Below, piece after piece: positions 38,818-49,345 of a stretch of 64,000 bases of DNA. Position numbers and translations under genes: made by a program. The notes beneath the pieces were generated by a model. It was not told the DNA's origin, made no database searches, and saw nothing but the letters and a program-made list of their open reading frames with translations. Source of the DNA: a virus; the IMG/VR virus record IMGVR_UViG_3300046710_000057, positions 22,339 through 86,338 of that record; one strand, written 5' to 3'. Positions within the stretch are counted from its first letter, which is position 1. Each line of letters starts with the position of its first letter.

Positions 38818-39627
38818 TCAACCTCCCACTAACAAGTCGCTCACGCTGTCGCGTTTGATTGCTTCAGCCTCTCTTAGAAGCTCTTCATTGGAACATTTCT
38901 TGCCTTCGACCTTAATGGTCTTGTCCACCGAGTCACACTTCTGCGGACACAGTGAACGCATAGTCTGAATGGTAGGCAGGTAGTTACCCTGGACGTGAGG
39001 ATTCTCACGAGAGAAGATCATAACTTGGCAGTTGTGAACGTGTTCACTAGGGGTAGTGACCAGCTTATGATACTGGGCGTCGTCTAACTGTTCAATGACA
39101 GTCCTGAAGGCCAGCAATATCTCGCCGTGTGTGACGATGACAACGTTCTCATCTGGATGTAGCGTGTCGAGGAACTCTTCTATTCGGTGACAGACTTCAG
39201 GCATAGTCTCGCCGTTCTGTGGCCGGAACCAAAAGACGCTCATATCCTGGTCTTTCAGGTCAACACTAGGATAGCGTCCGTCATTATCGCCTTTGTCGAT
39301 GTCGCCCCAGTCTCGATCTCGAAGCGCGTTTGTTTTGACCCAACGTGCATCAGGTATTGCCAGATGACCTGCCGTTTCCTTGGTACGAATGAACGGAGAC
39401 ACATAGAAAGCACAGTTATCCTTGAATATGTGCTCCATATTGTCGCGTACCCAATCACCTGTCACTTGAGCTTGGCTTACACCTTGAGGAGTTAGCCGCC
39501 ATAGAGAACAATGCTTGTGGTAGAACCCATCTGATAAGTTGACCGCTTGACCGTCACGGTACAGGTGGTCGATAACGTTGCCTTCCGATTCTCCGTGCCG
39601 AACTAGGATAATGTTTCTAGGCAGCAT
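38818..39627 (-). CDS. Histidine phosphatase (phosphoglycerate mutase-like)
   Basis: LVRHGES, SPFIRTKETA, GET, VTHG. Confidence 0.9.
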   Translation of the reverse strand: MLPRNIILVRHGESEGNVIDHLYRDGQAVNLSDGFYHKHCSLWRLTPQGVSQAQVTGDWVRDNMEHIFKDNCAFYVSPFIRTKETAGHLAIPDARWVKTNALRDRDWGDIDKGDNDGRYPSVDLKDQDMSVFWFRPQNGETMPEVCHRIEEFLDTLHPDENVVIVTHGEILLAFRTVIEQLDDAQYHKLVTTPSEHVHNCQVMIFSRENPHVQGNYLPTIQTMRSLCPQKCDSVDKTIKVEGKKCSNEELLREAEAIKRDSVSDLLVGG

Positions 39628-39629
39628 AC

Positions 39630-42600
39630 TTAGTCTCCCAACGATGCGTCCACTTGCTCGTCAGCACGCTCGTTTTTGTCGTCGTCGTGTGCATCACTCC
39701 AGCCATTAGCCCACGCTTGGCGGAGGTCGGTAGCGTGCAGCACACACTCTTCGGCCTTGACGCCATCCATGTAGCTCTTGTAGCCTAGTCGGTAGGCTTG
39801 AGTTGCGATAACATCCTTAGCGGCTTCTTCTTGACGTTTACTTGCCACTGCATCCTCCTTTGGTTTTGGCACTAAAATGACTCCTGTATATGGAGCTAAA
39901 CTATTGAGAACGTGGTCTGTCACTTGACAATCTCCAGTTCTCGCGGCATAAACTGAAGCAATAGACCATCATCGAATCTTACTTTGATGGGGTAGGTTGC
40001 AGCCGACTCTGCTATACGTTCGACTGTTCCTACCTTGCCTACATAGTCATGATAGTGAGGGGCCGCGTTTATCACTTCGATGACCTTGACTTGTGACTTG
40101 CCGACTTTGAGTGCGTTCCACTCATCAGTATTCATAGTTACCTCACGACCGGCACACTTGCCTCTGCTGTTAGATGAGGCCGGTTGCGTTCAATCCAAGC
40201 AAGCGCAGGGCCAGCCTCGACAGAGCACTCGAACCCAACGCCGTGCTTCTTGCGGCAGTACTCGAATAGATCGTCAAGCTCGTGGTTTTTGCCCTCGAAG
40301 AACTTAGCCACATAGTCTGCTGGGTAGTCGAAGCCCCACTCACAGCGAGCGAGTGCTAAGATTTCCTCGTCGCTTGCTTGCTCAAACCACTTCGTTGCAT
40401 CGAAGTTAGCCTCATGAATGTAGTCGTCGGAATGAACCTCGGCAGTTATGGCGTCGTGTTCTATATCATCCTCGAAGACTACAGACCCAATTCGATCTTG
40501 GGTATCATCATCATGCTCGCCAATCACGCTATGCTCGTAATCTCCAGGCTCAGCAAAAGCCAACTCGTCGGCAAGTGCCGTGATAGCGTCAACCATATCT
40601 TGCCGGTATTCGGTTTCCAACTCTATTTTTATCTTCACGGATGTCTCCTTTCGTTAATCGTTCGGCCAGCAATCTGGCCCTTCTGCACCGCACCTCATAC
40701 ACCGACACTCATCAGGGTCAGCAGAGGTTGAGCAGTTTATGTGATACCAAACGTCACGCTTCAGGTCTGTGTCGTAAACCAGTTGCCAACTCTCTTTGAA
40801 TGGCACTTCGCCTTGCGTGCGGATGGGTTTACCTGGAACTGGAATCAGCATTAGCTTGCTCGCTTTCTCGTGCTTCACGAAAACCTTCTAACCAGCAACT
40901 CGCTAAGTCCTTATTGTCGCGAACAGCAAGGATATGCAGCCGGAGTATATCCCTATGAACGCGAGTGTGTACTTGGTTACTCTGGACATTTGACTGGCTC
41001 CTTGCTTATGATGACATCTCCACACTCAGAACAGACAACTGCAACGTCGCCTGGTTCAAGATCGACTGGGATGCCTGCTTCCTGTGGGGTAAGTAGATGG
41101 CAGTGATAGCAAGAGTGCTGTATGTCGCGCCCTTGCTTAGCAGCTAGACAGTGAGGACAGTCGCAGCTACTCATTAGTTGTCACCTCCCAACCGTTCAGG
41201 CCCATAGGTCTTGTCTTCAGGGTCAAGCACAGGGTCAGGGTCACGCTTCGGCTTGTCTATCGGTTCCATTTTCAGTAGCTTGACCATTTTCCATTGAAGC
41301 TCATCAAGATAGACACCGGCATCAGCCAGAGCTTCCTCCTGATCGGCTTCAAGTAGTCCGCTTGTCGCATCTTCGCCGAGGTTGTTTACCATAAACTCCT
41401 CAGCTTTCTCGATGAGGCGATTCAAGTCTCTGATCTTAGTCCAGACATCATCTGGCTCGTCTATAACTGATAGGCGACCATCATCATTGTCACTCAATCT
41501 ACGTCACCTTTCTTCCACTTGACGACTTCCCCCTTGGGGTCGCAACGCGGACACAGCACTGGCTTACCGCATACTGAGCAAACGTATGGTAGGACTACAC
41601 TTCTGGTTACTCGCACCCACAGTAGCCACACAGGGATACAGGTGGCAATCAAGATAACGAGTTGTGCAATGATAAGCCCAAAGTTGATTGCTGGAAAATG
41701 GTTGAGGTAAATCATTGGAACCCTTCTTACGGTCGCTTGTCACATGCTCTCCCATTGATGGGGCAGACCACGACCGTATACACGGAATCATCCGTGCAGA
41801 TAGTCTTGATGACTTGGTTGAGATGAGTGTGGCACGAGTTACAATGCGCTCCCTTGGCTGAGATTTCGTACTCTGCTTCGTTGCTACACTCGTGCCGCAC
41901 CCTTTGTCCCTTGTAGTCGCACTGTGGCATTAAGCCACCTTCCTTTCAGACCCTCGCCTTAGAATGTTGGCGAGCAGCAGTGCGTCATACACTTGCAGGC
42001 GCGTGGGATTGTCCAGGTCAGCCTTTTGCAGCGACAATCGTAGCGCGTCTTCGATTTTCCTGTAGGGGTTCTTTCGACCAAACATAATCTTACCCCTTTC
42101 GATCTAGCTTAGTCTTGGTGATGCTGATGAGCTTTTGTGAACTGGCTCTTCAGGCTGCCTGCTATGCCGATAGCTTCGCTGATCTCTTCGCGCACAGGGC
42201 CAGGGTCAACGTTCTTGAAGGCCGCGTGCAAGGCCGATTCTATCTTACCCAATTGCACGTCCAAACCAACACAGAACGTGCCTTTGCCTTTCTTGACTCC
42301 GATGCTTTTCTCTCCGAACATAGCGACTACTTCCTTTCTTCCTGCTCGCAATGAGCGCAATGTGGGTTTGCTTGTACAGGCCCAACAACGTGGACACCGC
42401 CACCGATGGGCTTTTCGCAATTGGCACACACGAGATTGTATTCGTGCGTGACCTTGTTGTAGGTTAGATACCAGGGAGCACAGCAACACTTACTGTGGAC
42501 GTAGAAAAGCTCATCCGGCATGTTTGTCCTCCCCCAGTGACTCTGCTCTGCCGAACGCCAACTCAGCAATCGACTGAGGCTCAGTTCCCTCTATACCGTC

Positions 42601-43281
42601 GAGTAGACCAACGATGTCGGTAGCAAACTGAACCGTCATCATCTTGAGCTTCAGAGCATCCTCTTCAGTCAGACTCGGAAGCATACCTGACATAGACTGT
42701 ATGGCATTGCGTACGAATCCGTGGAAGAGGTTGGGATACTTGTCCCATACCTTCTTTGCCTTCTCTAGCGGCCCACCTTCTTTATCGAAGCTGGACATAT
42801 CTTCTAGCAGGTGGACTAGAAGTTCCTCTTGCGTTGGGTCTCGCATCTTAGTTATCCTCTCTGGTGTACTCTGACACCACAGGTTCGCCGTCGAAGTCGT
42901 GGTCGATAATGCGGAGCTTGACATTGATCGGCACTTTGGTACGCACGATTTCGCCTTCTTGCACTTCGATTGTGACTAACTTCAGCCGTTTATGTTGTTT
43001 TTCAGCAGCCATACTTACTCCTTGGGCATGAACTCGGCAGCAGTCTTCAACATCCCACGCACGTATGCTATTCGCAGGTCGCCTGCAATCATTGCAGACT
43101 CGTCAGTTGTTGGCTTGCGAACGGAACCTTTGTCGTCTACAATCATCAAAGGTTCCTGACACTTCAGACAGATGGTAATATCGCCTTCCTTTGGTACGTG
43201 TTCGCCTGTAATGGCAGTACAAGCGTCGAGCTTGTAGCCACAGTAGGGGCAGTTTGTAGTCTCGATGTCGAACACTTGCAT
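39630..43281 (-). other. Array of small early hypothetical CDSs (e.g. 39630-39923, 39920-40135, 40138-40638, 40654-40878, 41174-41497, 42327-42569, 42511-42924, 43015-43281)
   Basis: Abutting minus-strand ORFs with overlapping stop/start codons. Confidence 0.6.
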
Positions 43282-43318
43282 TGAACTACCCTCCTTTCGC
43301 TAGTGGTATAATTGACCT

Positions 43319-43765
43319 ATGGAACGTTTTTGGTCAAAGGTCAAGATCGGTGAAGCCGATCAATGTTGGGAATGGCAAGCTGGCTGCGACACTGATGGGT
43401 ATGGTATGTTTTGGTTTAACGGCAGGATGGTTCATGCTAGTCGTGTCGCCTATATGCTTGCCAATGGTTCAGTCGAGGAACAATGTGTCCTTCATACTTG
43501 TGACAACCCACCTTGTTGTAACCCTGCTCATTTATTCCCTGGAACTCACCAGGATAACACGCTTGATATGCGTGCAAAAGGCAGGGGTGTAGACAATAGT
43601 GGCGAGAATCATGGAATGCACAAACTAACCGAACCACAAGTTATTGAGATTCGTCAATTATATGCAACCCAACAATTCTCTCAAGCAGAATTAGGTAGAA
43701 GGTATGGTTATGCTCCAGCGACAATATCAGATATTGTCCGTAGAGTTAGTTGGAAGCGCATCTGA
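43319..43765 (+). CDS. HNH homing endonuclease with HTH (copy 2), antisense to flanking genes
   Basis: RFWSKV, CWEWQAG, LHTCDNPPCCNPAHL; extended -10 TGgTATAAT just upstream. Confidence 0.9.
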   Translation: MERFWSKVKIGEADQCWEWQAGCDTDGYGMFWFNGRMVHASRVAYMLANGSVEEQCVLHTCDNPPCCNPAHLFPGTHQDNTLDMRAKGRGVDNSGENHGMHKLTEPQVIEIRQLYATQQFSQAELGRRYGYAPATISDIVRRVSWKRI

Positions 43766-44966
43766 CTACGACTTATGGATGTAAGCGTTGAGTCCGACAG
43801 TTACCGACTTGCCATCAACTTCAGCGTCGGTCTTGACGTTGCCGTGGCTGGAAGCCACAACGAGAGTCTTACCGCTTGCGCTGGGAACCGACTTAGGGTT
43901 CATAGGGATGGTGATGACGAGGTTGCCGTTTTTGATCTCTGCTTTCATAGTGAATACTCCCTTCGATTGTTTGCTTCGAGAAGTTACTTGACGCTGACCA
44001 GCTTGCCAGCTTTCATAGTTCCTGTTGCATACCACTTATGCGCGGCAGGAAAGTGTGGGCCTTCGAGCGTGACTGTGCCATTAGTAGGCGCAGGTGGCCC
44101 TAACCCTGGCTGGTATACATCAACCAGCCTACCACCGACTAGGGCTTCTTTGAGTGCTTTCTTGCTTGTGAAGTTAGGGGAAACGTACATTGAGGTTACT
44201 TCCTTATCTGATGCTGCCAAGGCAAGAGTTCATTTACTTCCTGCCAGGTTACTTGGCCGTCGTCACCTTTACCGTTTGTCGGATGCAGCAGATAGAATGC
44301 TGAGTCAGTATCAGGATAGATAAGTCCTGCACTCAGCAATCGCGCAATCTCTTCATTGGTAAGGTCTGGCGACTGCTCACAATTGTCGAGAATTGCGTTT
44401 CGGTGCTTCATGCTAGTTAGCCAGCCCCAATCTTGCGCGTCGCGCAGCACGGAACTCCTTGCACTCGCTCTTACAGTTCTGCGAGCACAGGAGCATCTTG
44501 TTGAAGCGGACTGCCTTATCGACATCCTCGCCGATTGCGGAACAGCCTTTTCTGTCACAGGGAAACGACTTCGGTTGCTTCATTATACGGTTGCTTCCTT
44601 TCTTGGTCTGCAAGAGTTGAGGTAGCTCTGCGTTACGATAGCTACCTCACCATTAGATGCGCGAAGCACGACGAATTGTTCGTCAGGTTGCTTCTTACGA
44701 AGTGATCTTAGCTTACGAGCGATCTGTTCCTTGCTTGGGCTGGCTGCCACTTAGCTGCCTACCTTCCTCTCGATGCGCTCGTTGAGCGGTTTGTCGTGCT
44801 TGTTCCGTCTGTTGCGGTCGAGGCCGAAGCGACCCAGCACGATCTTAGCCTCATCCTTGGTCATGCCGCCCATAATCTTTGCACCTTCGTCGCTGTATGC
44901 GAGCGTCTGCTTCGCAATTCTGATTTGGTGCTTGTCTGCTACACTAAGTTCACGTTTGATTGCCAC
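43766..44966 (-). other. Small early hypothetical CDSs (43766-about 43950, 43984-44220, 44413-44613, 44751-44966)
   Basis: Co-oriented ORFs. Confidence 0.55.
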
Positions 44967-45382
44967 TTGATTCCTCCTTCAAACTCTTTGAGCTTGATGA
45001 CAGACTGCTATTCAACCGACGTTTAGGCGGTAGCTCGACATAACACTCGTCAGTGGTTGCTTCGGCCCCATCAATTCCTTAGCAGTCTGTCATTAAACCC
45101 ACAGAGAAGCAGCCTGCTTACTAGATCGACTACCTTCCAGCAAAGCAGGCTGCCATTCCAATTAGTTGTTCAGTCAAATAATGTGAACTCGGATTTACCG
45201 TCTCTCGACTTTACCTGCCCATGTCACACCTCCTGAAGCCTTGGTAGGGCTTACACATTAAGTACAACCCAAGCTCCCTTGATGAGCTTGATGCTGGGTT
45301 GGTTTCCCAAAGACTTGGGGTACAGGCATACGCCAATCCCAATTTTTGGTTGGCACAGCCCAGCATTAAGCCCACCGATGGG

Positions 45383-45847
45383 CTATTGATTGCGTGTCTC
45401 GATTGCTTTGTCAAGGTAGAGCTTAGCGCCATTGAGGTCGATGACTGCTCCCCTTGCGTCCAGCACAGCTTCATTCGGCGCGGAATCTATCTCAAGTATG
45501 GACTTCTGATATTGCTGACCAGCAGAGGTTACAAGTTCTGCCGCTCTGTGCAGGTAGTAGTCAGGCTCACCGAACTTTGCGCTTGCTGTCACGGATTCGA
45601 GTTCAGCAGCAGTAGCCACTATCTTTGTGAGGCTGGCTAACGACCGCTCTCTTGCTGCTGAGCCGCCAATAACCCCATCCTCGACAGGTAGCTCGACTGC
45701 TGACAGTGCATCAGCCATTGCTGCCAGCTTGTCAGAAACAACTGCGTCGTGGTCGTCAGTTACTCGGCTACCTAGCCAGCAAGCAACAATCAACACGATC
45801 AGCACACCAACAACAATTGCAACTTTCATTGAAAGCTCCTTTGCCAA
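45383..45847 (-). CDS. Membrane-anchored hypothetical protein
   Basis: N-terminal hydrophobic helix. Confidence 0.6.
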   Translation of the reverse strand: MAKELSMKVAIVVGVLIVLIVACWLGSRVTDDHDAVVSDKLAAMADALSAVELPVEDGVIGGSAARERSLASLTKIVATAAELESVTASAKFGEPDYYLHRAAELVTSAGQQYQKSILEIDSAPNEAVLDARGAVIDLNGAKLYLDKAIETRNQ

Positions 45848-45865
45848 ACTCTAATGAGCTTGTCG

Positions 45866-45970
45866 ATGGGGTAAGGAGGAATCGAACCTCACATAGCGAG
45901 CAGGGTAGGTTTTCTAGCAGCCACCCTGTCGATTCGAGTCTTGCTAGAAGCTAACTCCCTTCTACCCCAT
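45866..45970 (-). ncRNA. tRNA-like RNA with acceptor and T arms but a pseudoknot/switch in place of the anticodon arm
   Basis: ATGGGGTAG/TTACCCCAT stem; GAGG-TTCGATT-CCTC T-arm; crossing helices TTCTAGCA/TGCTAGAA and CAGGGTG/TACCCTG. Confidence 0.6.
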
Positions 45971-45980
45971 GAACAAGCTC

Positions 45981-46799
45981 ACTCGATTGCAATAACGTCC
46001 GTGCTGTCTAACTATTAGGCTATCCGCCCTTAGATGAGGTAACAACGACCTCTAAAGTTTGATGATTGTTACAGCAGAGACTACAATCAGGTGAACTTGA
46101 TACTTGGTTGCCCTTTTGGACGATTGTACGCAGACCAGCTTATTCGCTGACACCAGGGAACAATCCGATCACCGTTGCGTGCTCGTTTACTTCGGCGATC
46201 TCTGTTCAGCTTAGGTGCTCGCTACACATCGCCTGTTGCCTTCCCTTGCGGTACTGGCAATCAGTCACACACGATCTCAGCCGCTTGCACTCTAGCCTAT
46301 CCTCATTCCGGCCTCAATATTGGGGAAACATAACCCTCGGTCGTTTGATGCTTTGGTTACTACCTTCTAGCACTTGACACCTTCATCACTTACAACTTAT
46401 CCCTCGCGATGTGCTCGCTTGCTGGTAGTTAGTCCCTCCTACGGTAGGGCTTTTCACTCACACTCTCGCAAGCTCATCATCACTATCGGCTAAGTTCAAC
46501 GGCGTCCGTTCGCTACATTCGCCTTCGCAACCGTTCCGATTCCCACTAATTATGGCTAAGTTTACCGGCTTTTACGGATGGGCCTTAGACTGCCCAGTTG
46601 CTATATCTTTTTCCGACAGGCTGCCAACCTGTCTTATCCTTCAACCAGTCTAGCTCATGACTGTCAGGACTTGGCTCTGCTCGCTCGCTTGAGTCTATTT
46701 TCGCCGAAGCTACTCATATCCGCGCCGTTCCGAGTTTTGCCGTTAGCTTGTCTCACCTCCCTTTGTGGGTAGCGCACTAGCGATCTCTCCGCGCCACCA
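45981..46799 (-). ncRNA. Candidate giant ornate ncRNA (about 820 nt)
   Basis: No minus-strand ORF; many hairpins, GNRA/UUCG loops, loop-E motifs; promoter directly upstream. Confidence 0.6.
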
Positions 46800-46804
46800 T
46801 AATC

Positions 46805-46833
46805 ATGTTACCAGGTTAAGATTCGACTGTCAA
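46805..46833 (-). promoter_or_regulatory. Sigma70-type promoter TTGACA-N17-TAACAT
   Basis: Read directly from sequence. Confidence 0.75.
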
Positions 46834-46940
46834 TACCCTTTTGGAAACTTTCGCAAATGATTTATTCGCCGATTGTTTCCTTGCTTGCTTAGCGCGACTG
46901 CTGAAGCATCTGCTTCTTATGAACCGCGCCCAACGAATCC

Positions 46941-46969
46941 ATGTTACCGCATATACTACCCTGTGTCAA
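46941..46969 (-). promoter_or_regulatory. Second sigma70-type promoter TTGACA-N17-TAACAT
   Basis: Same hexamers as 46805-46833; A/T tract upstream. Confidence 0.75.
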
Positions 46970-47089
46970 TAACTTTCGGCGATTATTCCAAAAAAAGTTT
47001 TTGCACAGGTCGTTTCATTCGATAATAGCAGACTCATCGGAGCAGAATCTCATCTGCTGACAGGGAGCAACCTCCCTGTTTCGTCCTAG

Positions 47090-47218
47090 CTACCCATCGT
47101 AGACTTCACGTTCAAGCTCGTGTATGCTTGACACAAGCTCTGCTTCGTCGGCCTTCTGTTGCTGTGCTATACGCTTCTGCTCAGCTATCCAAGCAAGGAA
47201 TCGTCTAATCAATCTCAT
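47090..47218 (-). CDS. 42-aa peptide MRLIRRFLAW... (not in ORF track)
   Basis: AAAGGAG RBS. Confidence 0.6.
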   Translation of the reverse strand: MRLIRRFLAWIAEQKRIAQQQKADEAELVSSIHELEREVYDG

Positions 47219-47231
47219 CAGTTACTCCTTT

Positions 47232-47390
47232 CTAAAGATGAGGTTCGCTTTCTAGCTCGACCAGTTCTCGATGAACGTCCGCTAAGCACCTACGCTGCTC
47301 AGCTATCATCTCTGCGTCTGCTTTCCTGTCTGCTACAGTCTGAGCGTTCGGTTGTAGCAAGTAGGCTATTATTCGCCGAATCAATCTCAT
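47232..47390 (-). CDS. 52-aa peptide MRLIRRIIAY... (not in ORF track)
   Basis: Paralogous start to the adjacent peptide. Confidence 0.55.
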   Translation of the reverse strand: MRLIRRIIAYLLQPNAQTVADRKADAEMIAEQRRCLADVHRELVELESEPHL

Positions 47391-48523
47391 CCGCGTATCC
47401 TATCCCTTTCGCTCTGTGTAAGGTTGTCAATGCCAAACTCATCAAGAGTCTCGCCACAGTTGTAAGCTGTGCCGTTGTCGGCGTCGTACTGGACTAGGCA
47501 ACCATCCTCATCAATACCCAGCACTTCACCGTCGGACGGCTCAACTTTGTTTAGCTTCCACTCATACAGAAAGTCCCTTTTCACAGTATGTTCCCTCGCT
47601 TGTCTAGGATGCCTGCTTCGATCATTCTGACAGCCTGCCTGCCATAGCAGCCCTGTAGCTGCCAAGCTAGTCCACTCTTGATGAGGTCGGAGAACAGATG
47701 AGTTGTTTCCTTCTCATTAAGCTCACCTGCTTCCCATTCTATAAGTCTTTCGTCAAACAATACGCTATCTCGCTTTCTTGCCGTCAACCACATACTGCGG
47801 TTCAAAGTCGCAGTATGAATCGTGCTCCATGCAGTAAGGTTCCTCGTCAAGCTCAGCAAGCTCAGCAAGCTCGTGGCTGACTCCTCGAATCCCATCGAAA
47901 AAGTGGTTGCTCGGTTCGTCGTCACCAGAGAACATGATCTGGCGAGCATCCTCACTGAGTCCTTCTTTCTCAGCTATTGCCAGTGGAATCGTTTTCAGAA
48001 CTTCATCAGGATAGTGGTTGCCTGTTATGCACCACCATTTACCCTTCAGCTTTCCGTCCATTGTATGCTTACCTCCAAGCGTATGTAGCTGCCTTGCGTT
48101 GACTGTCAACACAATTCGGACAGCACAGGTAGTTGTCATCAAGCTCGTCAGTCGGCCAGTACTCATTGCACCCTACGCATACTTGCAATCCGAGCTTGTC
48201 TGCTATCCTCTCTGCTTGCTTGAACAGTCTCAGCCATTCGCAAGCACACAAGAGGTAGTAGAGAAAGTTACGCTTCAGCTTATTCATCGAATGTTACCTC
48301 GCTAGATATAGGAAGCAGGCTCGCTACGCCGTTTCTTGCCTACCTTAGCAGTATCCGTGCCATACACCTTAGCTATTAGCTCAACAAGGCTTTTCCCTGC
48401 CGGTGTATGCTTGCACGTTTCACACGGCCCTTGCTTGTAGTCGTCAGCTTGCTTCAGCTTGAAACAAACTGGGCAGTAGTATTCGACCATTGTGTTACCT
48501 CGCTTCCAATTCGTCACGGACAA
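47387..48523 (-). other. Small early hypothetical CDSs (47387-about 47620, about 47581-47800, 47765-about 48060, 48069-48287, 48302-48523)
   Basis: Co-oriented ORFs. Confidence 0.5.
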
Positions 48524-48726
48524 AGAGAGTGCAAGGCTGCTTGATATGGTCGCCGACGCCGTTCGGCCAGAAGTTCAGGTTGTTGTCATCAAGCTGAACC
48601 GCTATCGCTGCACCATGATACCCAACAACAACCCCTTCCGCACCGATAAGGTTCAGGTGGTGCTCCCTGCTGCCGTGGAATTGTAGAACCTTAACTCTGC
48701 TATTCCTTTTCAATCTCGGCATTAGA

Positions 48727-49332
48727 CTAATCCTCCATCTGTAGAGTCTGTTGCAGTCCACCTTGCGTCTGTCTAGCATACACCCATAGTGTAGCCTGAA
48801 AGTCGCGTGGCGTCCAACCAACAAGTCGCGCTGCACGTCTGTATGCTTCAGCAATCGGAGCATACCATCTAGGCGTAAACCTAGTTATATTGTAGTCTGC
48901 TAGAGCTATCCTAGCAGCCCAGCGGTCAACGGTCACGGCAGAGCTATCCCCACAGATATTGAGGAAGAAACTGCTCACCTTGTTTCCGTGTATAGCTGAG
49001 AGATCACCGTTCAAGCAAGCATACGCTTTCTCGACCAGCTTCAACATCGTAAAGCCGACCTTGTTTGCAGGCTTGCCTGCTTGCCACGCCTTAATGATGA
49101 GCGGAACGTAAATCTGCTGCTGAGTCCAGTACGTGTTTGGGCTTGTTACAGCAACCACAGCCGCAATCCGCGTGTACTCAATGCCTATTAGCTCGCTAAC
49201 GCCCACACAGAACCGCTGAGCTTCCGAGTACCAATCTTGTCCTTGCTCGGTATCCGTATGGTCGATCTTGTTCCAATGATGTAGCAAGCGTTCGACCATC
49301 TCATCTATATCGAGTTCTTGTCTCTTTGCCAT
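48727..49332 (-). CDS. Early phage protein with HhH-glycosylase-like motif
   Basis: AAVVAVTSP, KVSSF..NI.GD..AVTVDRWA, FQATLW. Confidence 0.55.
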   Translation of the reverse strand: MAKRQELDIDEMVERLLHHWNKIDHTDTEQGQDWYSEAQRFCVGVSELIGIEYTRIAAVVAVTSPNTYWTQQQIYVPLIIKAWQAGKPANKVGFTMLKLVEKAYACLNGDLSAIHGNKVSSFFLNICGDSSAVTVDRWAARIALADYNITRFTPRWYAPIAEAYRRAARLVGWTPRDFQATLWVYARQTQGGLQQTLQMED

Positions 49333-49345
49333 TGTAGCAACCTAC

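Noticed and set aside
45981-46799. Group I/II intron or rRNA fragment
   Set aside because: No group II GUGCG start or domain V, no group I P7 (GACUA/UAGUC) core, no interrupted gene. The 23S-like CCAGTACCGCAAGGGAA is only a short loop-E motif.
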